Shown here: positions 11,101-20,000 of the stretch, piece by piece
How the letters are laid out: each line of letters begins with the position of its first letter
How positions within the stretch are numbered: position 1 is the stretch's first letter
Assembly: GCA_026025795.1 (NCBI GenBank)
Contig: JAPEUG010000050.1
Coordinates: 46,200 to 66,199, forward strand
Source of the DNA: Thelocarpon superellum
Lineage: Eukaryota
DNA length: 20,000 bases
Direction of reading: 5' to 3'
Made by a program: the position numbers and the translations under genes
The notes under the pieces: generated by a model
What the model was told of the DNA's origin: nothing
The model's input: the letters and a program-made list of their open reading frames with translations, nothing else
Databases searched by the model: none

Positions 11101-11772
11101 GTGTCCAACATGATCTGGGAGGCGAAGTTGGACGCGACCTCCCCGACCCCGAAGCCCACGCCGACAGCGACGCGCGAGCAACGGCTGAGATTCATCACGG
11201 CCAAGTACGTCGACCGGGCGTACGTCGCGCCCATCTCCCCCACGCTCTCCCGCTATTCGACGCCCGAGGAAACGCTGCTAGCCTCGATCAAGCAGAACGA
11301 TCTCCAGGGCGTTCTGTATGGGCTCGCGCTCGGGGCCTCCCCAAACGCGACCGACCGCTCACGCGCCACGCATGCCGTCTTCCTTGCGCTGGCGGCCACG
11401 GACCCGGCCTCGTCGCAAGCACCTGGCACGTCGCCTACCAGCCCCAAAAACTCCACCACCCCTTTCCCCATCCCCGAGCTGCTCGTCCAAAATGGCGCCG
11501 TCATCCCCACCACCCTCCCCGCCTTCCCACTCAGCCGCAACGCCACCGTCTACGTCGAGCAGAAGAGTGGACGCGAAGTGGGCGGGGCTGCGAAGCCCGG
11601 TGCGATGCAGACACAGCCTTCGGCGGGTGGCCCGACGGACTCACTAGGCTCTCTCCCGGGCTTTGGTAGTCCAGCCGCCGAGCGTGATCGCGCTAAGGAG
11701 GCCGAGTCCAGATTGCAGAAACGTGTCAGTGCGGGGGGGAGACTTGCCCGGTCTTCTCATGGAGATGGCTGA
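8162..11772 (+). CDS. BAR-PH-ArfGAP protein (centaurin-beta/ACAP type; csx2/cnt6/Age1-like), 1147 aa, 4 exons: 8162-8719, 8775-8841, 8894-10304, 10365-11772
   Basis: BAR start EDGPLFRATMKSME; PH domain RKEGLLW...AWHKFWIVLDQG...RRFCFEVITP...YQATSEEDMTSWI; ArfGAP zinc finger CADCGS...[34 protein letters not shown]; ankyrin-like tail. All three introns are canonical and 3444 nt is divisible by 3. Confidence 0.93.
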
Positions 11773-12773
11773 TGCAGAAGGAAGAGGGGGAAAGGGGAGT
11801 AACGCACACTTCTTGTCCGTTTGGGTATGACCTCGTCGTGCGCCGTATGCCACTGCAGCTCGGAGTGTATGATTTACATTGTGCGGAACATTGTGCATTG
11901 CGCGATGTGCGATCTGCTGTGTGCTATGCGCAGTGTCTACGGTCTGTTGGTTGGTTGGGCGGCTTGTTGGTTGAAGATCGGTATGGAAAGGAATGGGTAG
12001 GATACGGCACGGTCCATGTTGTTTTCGATCCACTCTCTTCCTTCTTCCTTTTCTCTCTTCTTTCTTGCTTGATTCGCCCTTGTCAGTTTCGTCTTCATTC
12101 ACTACTTGTCCCTGACAAAGTCGGGTGTCTGGAGCAAGGACAGTATGCGATGGGCGGGAGGAACAGTCCAATCCAGTCCACTAATGGAAGGGAAGGGAAA
12201 GGACAGGAATCGGGCTAAGACGGAGTAATGGAGGAAAGGAAGGATGGGAGGATGGGACAAGGAGTCGGTGGGACAGGGTTGGATAAAACTGTCCCGCAAG
12301 TCCACCAAGTTTTATTGTCTTCCGAGTCGCCGTGTGATGACTATTCTTTCCTCGGTGGGAAATCCTCGTGTGGACTGTATTATATCATGTCATATGACGA
12401 GACGAGAGTTGGGGAGAAAACGGTCGTTTATTTTCATTCGATACACCAGCACCAGCACCACCATCGTCGTACAATACATGGCGTGGCTCGCCGACTCACC
12501 AACTCACTCATTCACGAGTAAGAAGGAGAAGGAGACGAAGAAACATCCGTAGACGTGGAACCAGGACGCGTCAAATAAGCATGGGCACGTATGGAGGAGG
12601 GGAAAAAGAGTAGGAAGAGAAAAAGAGAGGGAGAGAATGCGTGTGATGCGTGACGATGCCAAGTTCGTTGTCCTCACCATACTTTCCCTCTGTCGAGATC
12701 TCTTCTTTTGGGGGTCTCGTTACTTTCATATCATGAATGAATGGAACGCATTGTTGCTCGAAAAACCAAACCG

Positions 12774-13847
12774 TCACATAAAGTCGTCCCTTTGCACGCG
12801 AGTCAGCTGACTGAAGGGAAGGAGAAGAAGAGGGGGAAATGGGGGACGGGGTCAGTATGGACTTGTGAAACGCACCCGTCGTCCAACCCATCTTCATATG
12901 CCGTCGTGTCGGCCTTGAGACTCGTGTCGCGATTGGCATTGAGGCTCTTTTTGTTCTTTGCCGCCTTGGTCTTCTTGCCGCCCTTGTCTGCGTTCTTCTC
13001 CTCCTTCATCTTCTCGTTGCTCAGGGTTGTCAGGGCGCTGCCGATCTTCTTCGTCTCCTCGCTCGTCAGCTCCTTGGCGAGTTGCTTGCAGAACTCGCCC
13101 AGGAAGAGCGTATATTGCGCCTTTTTGCCGTTGGCCGCGATGATGGGCACGAGCGTCTCGCGCAGCTTGGTGAACCCGTCCTTCGTGTTGGGGTTGAAGA
13201 GCGGAAGGGCAGACAGGTCGATGGTTTGAGCGGGATTCTTGGGGTCGGGCGCCACCACCACTGGCTTGGCGGCGGATCGCTTGGTGCTGATGCCAATGTT
13301 GCCAAAGAGGTCCTCCGCGTGGCCGAGGTCGGCGTCTTGCTCCGTCTGGCGCAGGCGCGCCCGTCGGTCCGCTTCATCTTCCTCTTCCTCCGACGACGTA
13401 TCCTCTTCTTCCTCTAGCTTCTTGCGCGCCGCCGCCCGCTCGGCGACCCGCTGCGCCTTGGACTTCTTGTTCGCTGCCGCGATGGCGTCTGCTTTCGCTT
13501 TGCGCTCGGCGGCCTCTTTGGCTTTCTTGGCTTCTTCTTCCGAGTCTTCTGCCGCGTCCCAAGATTCTATGACCTGGCCGTCGTCATGGGTTAGAGCATG
13601 TCGTGGCCGAAGAGATCTCGACGCACATCACTATCCTCTTCTTCGTCGTCAAACTTGGATCGTCGGGGCACGGCCGCCGTGGTGGGTGGTGACGACGGCG
13701 GGGTACTATCGTCCTCTTCGTCTGCGCATTACAACGGCACTGGTCAGCGAGAGCCCACCAGATTCTTGACGGAAGGTATGAAGAAGGAATCCGCGGTGCC
13801 AAAGATTGCGGTCATGACTCACCCCATTTTGATTTGGCGGGTGCCAT
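12774..13847 (-). CDS. HCR1: Eukaryotic translation initiation factor 3 subunit J, 277 aa, 4 exons: 13847-13823, 13721-13627, 13573-12876, 12789-12774
   Basis: MAPAKSKWDEEDDS...KFDDEEEDSD|VIESWDAAEDSE...DADLGHAEDLFG...LSNEKMKEEK...KKTKAAK...GLDDGDDFM*. Acidic Trp-containing N-terminus and the DDFM C-terminus are eIF3j hallmarks. Confidence 0.95.
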
Positions 13848-14063
13848 GTTGTGCGATCGTCGCCCCGGCCCGCTGCCCCTTGAAAGCACCTCGGTCTTTT
13901 GGCGACGTTTGCGTGCGCACCAACTGCGGGGAGACGGTCGGATTCGCGGCGTGTGATCTGTGTAGCGGCCACTAGATCTTTGATGAAGCGTCGGATGCGA
14001 CTGGGAGGTAGGGAGCAGAGGGGCGGAAAGAGTAAGAGACAGCACGGTGAAGTCCAGCGAGGG

Positions 14064-14093
14064 CCGAAGGGAGGTGAACCGAAGGGAGGTGAA
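14064..14093. repeat. Perfect 15-bp direct duplication CCGAAGGGAGGTGAA x2 upstream of eIF3j
   Basis: Read directly at 14064-14078 and 14079-14093. Confidence 0.9.
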
Positions 14094-14406
14094 GTGGGAC
14101 AACGCTTGAAATTCCACTACTTGGATGGGTCGGACGAGGTTGGTGGGGTGGTGCCCGACATGCCGACGGACAATTGTCGCCTAGTTTGATCCGCCCTACG
14201 AGGACTTACAGTGCTTTACTGTTGTTGACCAGTCAGGAATTGAAGTTAGCTTCTTGAGTTCCGCCTTTCAAGTGTTTGCGCATCAGGAAATGGAGGTCGC
14301 TTCTTCGGGCATGGCGCCGTCACGTGCATGGAGCCGTAATTGTCTCGAGCGGATTAGGATCCAAATGCAAGAACAGAGGGGGGCTTCGGCAGCAGCGAGA
14401 GCTTAC

Positions 14407-15789
14407 ACTTCCCCACGTAAAGCCTGAAGGCGTACGTCTTGTCGGGCACAACGTCGACTAACTTCTGCGTGAGTGACGTGAAGCCTCCTAGGGAGTCACC
14501 CTCGACGTCCCTGAGAGCTAGGACAAGTACGTCGATCCTCTTGACGGATGACGATGGACTCACGCGAAGTTGGCGCCATCATAGGCGCACAGAGAGTCGT
14601 CGCATTCGTTGATGATGACACTATACGGATCCCATACAAACAAGCCTGACCAGGGCGGCGCCGATGAGCCTCCGCTGCTTGTTTCGAAGCTCGGGTTCTG
14701 CACTACTTGAAGCGGGCAACAGTGGTCACCGAAACTGGTGGCGCCGTAGAGGTGACGGTCCCAGTCAGGTCAATGGTCGACGCGTCTGGGCTTCACATCA
14801 GATTCGTCGAGTTGTACGCTGAGATCTTGACTTACCTATTGCGGTCGTGATGTCCTCAATCTCGAACGTGGAAATGGTCTTTGTCTCGGTCATAGGATCA
14901 AACGTAGAAATAGTACTGACAAGCATCGTCGACGTCGTGGAGGGCTCGTCACGGTGACAACAGTGGCGGTGACGGCCGTGACTGGACTTGTGACATTACT
15001 TGTCGTGGCGGTGGAGGCCGTGACAGGGACTATTGTCGACACCGTTGTCGATGAGGTAGGCGTCGGCAGATCGAGACACGAGCAAGCATCGGAGATGGCA
15101 GTGGAGGCAAAGGATTGGATCAAGGCTGGGATGCTGATCGAAAGCTTTCCGAGCGCGGCGGCTTTCACGGATCGATGCCTCAATGAGTCCGGGTACACTG
15201 TCGTCGTGGTTGACAATGTGACTATGTCTGTTACGGAATCGGCGGTGGTGCGCTCCGTCAAGACCGTGGAGATAGCTGTGATGCTCGTGATGTCGCTCAC
15301 CTCGATACTGAAGGTCCATCAGCTTGCGTTTAGTCCCAAAGCAGGCCATGGGTTGGAGCCTAGTGGCGGTGACATCGGCCGCCGTAGGGGTCGTCAGAGA
15401 TGTTGCTGTCACTACGACAACAGTGGAAACGATTGTCGTCGATACCTCCGTCGAAACTGATTGTTGGGGATGGTGTCGTTATCACCGTCGCAGTGGTGGT
15501 AGACGTTTGCGATGTGGCCGCAGTCTGCGTCTGGGTCACAGGAATAATGGACAGATAGCTCCAACAAAGCGAAGTCGCCTTGAACAGCTTGAGGAGGTCG
15601 ACCACCAAATCTGGCGATGGACTGCCTCGCACTTAAGCCGCCGAGGATCAGTCAGGTGCCGACGCGTCTGTACTGTTCTAGGCTAAGTACACAGCCCCGT
15701 CACGGTGTCGAGACCTCAGACAGCGGCGGATTCATCCGTCAGGTTCTGGAGGTCAGAAGACCTAACAGTAGTAAAGATGATAAGTACAT
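14407..15789 (-). pseudogene. Disrupted gene for a secreted Ser/Thr-rich protein with Cys motifs and a C-terminal CBM4/9-like (NPSFE) domain
   Basis: Fragments in order: signal-like MYLSSLLLLGLLTSRT* (15789), FKATSLCWSYLSI, Thr-rich tracts, AISDACSCLDLPTPT, CPLQVVQNPSFET...PPW, SLTQKLVDVVPDKTYAFRLY. At least three frame changes (about 15460, 14948, 14722) have no flanking intron signals. Introns 14835-14786 and 14563-14511 are still recognisable. Both ends are approximate. Confidence 0.72.
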
Positions 15790-16136
15790 TCCGCCACACA
15801 CTGCGAAGCTCTCATACCAGCGCACATTCTCCACGAACTCGCTCTCACGTTGCCTCCCTCCAAGTGGTGGTAGTGGAGTACATGCAAGGAAATCCCTCTG
15901 TCAGGATACGTCACAGCCAAGATACATCTATTCCGTCCTTGGTATGCTCGTTGTTCTCCATCAGATCTGACGACGGCGAAATAGCGAAATCATTTCCTCT
16001 ATGCTTTTCTGGAGCCAATTCTTCCTGCAGCCTATCTAGACGTCGCATCCTCAACCACTAGCGTTTCTCTCGCCCTGCCCATTCGTCTTGATCACATGGA
16101 CCTTCGTGATCTGGTCACCTCTGAGTCGTCCTTCTC

Positions 16137-18227
<2,091 letters not shown>

Positions 18228-19523
18228 ATGGACGGCAGCAGCGATCCCGAGCGAGCACAAGCCCTCGAGACCTACAAGAACAAGCTCCTCGAGTCACGAG
18301 AATGGGAGGCCAAACTGAAAGCCTTACGGTTAGAGATCAAGGGCCTGCAGAAGGACTATGACAATACCGAGGACAACATCAAGGCCCTCCAGAGCGTGGG
18401 ACAGATCATCGGCGAGGTGCTGAAACAGCTGGACGATGAGCGATTCATCGTCAAAGCCTCCTCCGGCCCCCGCTATGTCGTCGGCTGTCGTTCCAAAGTC
18501 GACAAATCCAAGCTCAAGCAGAACACCCGCGTCGCCCTGGACATGACCACCTTGACCATCATGCGCATGCTCCCCCGCGAAGTCGACCCCCTCGTCTACA
18601 ATATGTCGCTCGAGGATCCGGGACAAATCAGCTTCGCCGGCATCGGCGGTCTTAACGACCAGATTCGAGAGCTGCGAGAGGTCATCGAGCTGCCGCTGAA
18701 GAATCCGGAGCTGTTCTTACGCGTAGGCATCAAGCCGCCGAAAGGGGTGCTCCTCTACGGTCCGCCCGGGACGGGAAAGACTTTGCTGGCGCGCGCCGTG
18801 GCGAGTAGTCTCGACACCAACTTTCTCAAAGGTAGGTCGGCAACCAAGTTGTGTCCATGTCGCCATTTCGGGGACTGACCTCACCGCCGCACAGTGGTCT
18901 CCTCAGCCATCGTGGACAAGTACATTGGCGAGTCGGCAAGACTGATCCGCGAGATGTTTGGCTACGCCAAGGAACACGAACCCTGCATCATTTTCATGGA
19001 CGAGATTGACGCTATCGGTGGCCGAAGATTCTCCGAGGGCACCTCGGCCGATCGAGAGATTCAACGAACCCTAATGGAGCTGCTCAACCAGCTCGACGGC
19101 TTCGACTACCTGGGCAAGACCAAGATCATCATGGCCACCAACCGCCCTGATACGCTCGACCCGGCCCTCCTCCGCGCCGGTCGGCTGGATCGAAAGATCG
19201 AGATCCCCCTCCCGAATGAGGTCGGCCGCTTAGAGATCCTCAAGATTCATTGTGCTGGTGTTGCCCTCGAGGGCGAGATCGACTTTGAGAGCGTGGTCAA
19301 GATGAGCGACCAGCTTAACGGCGCGGATCTCCGGAACGTCGTCACCGAGGCGTAAGTGTAGCCCCGTCTACTCTTCCCTGTCCATGTGCTAAGTCTTCGC
19401 AGCGGTCTCTTCGCTATCAAAGACTACCGTGATGCCATCAACCAGGACGACTTCAATAAGGCTGTGCGCAAGGTGGCCGAGTCCAAGAAGCTGGAGGGGA
19501 AGCTCGAATACCAGAAGCTGTGA
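18228..19523 (+). CDS. RPT4: 26S proteasome regulatory AAA-ATPase subunit Rpt4 (subunit 10B/SUG2), 393 aa, 3 exons: 18228-18831, 18895-19351, 19403-19523
   Basis: [27 protein letters not shown], Walker [24 protein letters not shown], Walker [32 protein letters not shown]-terminus [12 protein letters not shown]. Confidence 0.98.
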
Positions 19524-20000
19524 GCCTGACATCAAGCCCTTGGATTCTATGTATTATAACCAGCTGCGGCGGCCTCTACCTTTAGAGGAAAGCATCTTAC
19601 TTCCTAGTCTCCAGCGAGCATGAATGACACCTAGTACAATAGTCTCAGATACACCTATGCAATCTGTGCGCTTGGGGAGAGAAAGCATGAATCGAAGACG
19701 ATGTAGATCGATTCACAGTGGACCGGCAATTCTTCGACCAACCTCTCACCTGAGATTATAATTCGTCATGGGTTCAGCAGCAACGGAGCAAAACAGATGC
19801 CGCAGCGATTCCCACACCACCCAGCAACGCAGCACCAACACTAAAGGGAACGAAACGGCCGCCTTCAAGTACGCAGGTTCAAATTTCCTCTGCGGCAGCT
19901 GAATTGTAGGCGTATCAACCCACACAGGGCTCTGAAGCCTTCTGCAAGGATGTAAACCTTCCACGTAGGGTGGTAGACAACCTTCCTTCGCCTTCGCCTT

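Noticed and set aside
1136..11772. GGTase, C2 protein, thioesterase and ArfGAP as a membrane/lipidation gene cluster
   Set aside because: No shared regulatory motif seen, none of the proteins ends in a CaaX box, and adjacency is explained by ordinary synteny.
12333..12405. GTGATGA resembling a snoRNA box C
   Set aside because: No CTGA box D at a suitable distance and no convincing terminal stem or guide.
11772..12552. ORFs and GGA-rich tracts downstream of the ArfGAP gene
   Set aside because: Low-complexity purine/pyrimidine tracts typical of convergent 3' UTRs; no coding signature.
19746..20000. Minus-strand frame open to the window edge
   Set aside because: No recognisable protein features; cannot be resolved without the adjacent sequence.

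Overview
Intron-containing, GC-rich genomic DNA from a filamentous ascomycete (Pezizomycotina-like GT..CTRAC..YAG introns of about 50-110 nt). Eight intact genes could be spliced by hand into stop-free frames: ILM1-like membrane protein (-), geranylgeranyltransferase-I beta (+), a C2-domain protein with an uncharacterised C-terminal domain (-), a HotDog-type thioesterase (+), a BAR-PH-ArfGAP protein (+), eIF3j/HCR1 (-), enolase (-) and proteasome ATPase RPT4 (+). A multiply frameshifted pseudogene of a secreted Ser/Thr-rich, CBM4/9-like protein lies between eIF3j and enolase. No mobile element, CRISPR array or structural RNA gene was recognised, so this is mostly housekeeping DNA. The best leads are: (1) the C2 protein's C-terminal domain, whose motif order parallels the H...AG[E/R]...SGHYxP domain of plant IQM proteins and bacterial toxin tips; (2) an apparent dual-promoter and 5'-UTR-intron architecture with an AcuK/AcuM-type site in the ENO1/RPT4 bidirectional promoter; (3) an apparently obligatory GAG 3' splice site in the GGTase-I beta gene; (4) the pseudogene. 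All exon boundaries are manual predictions.
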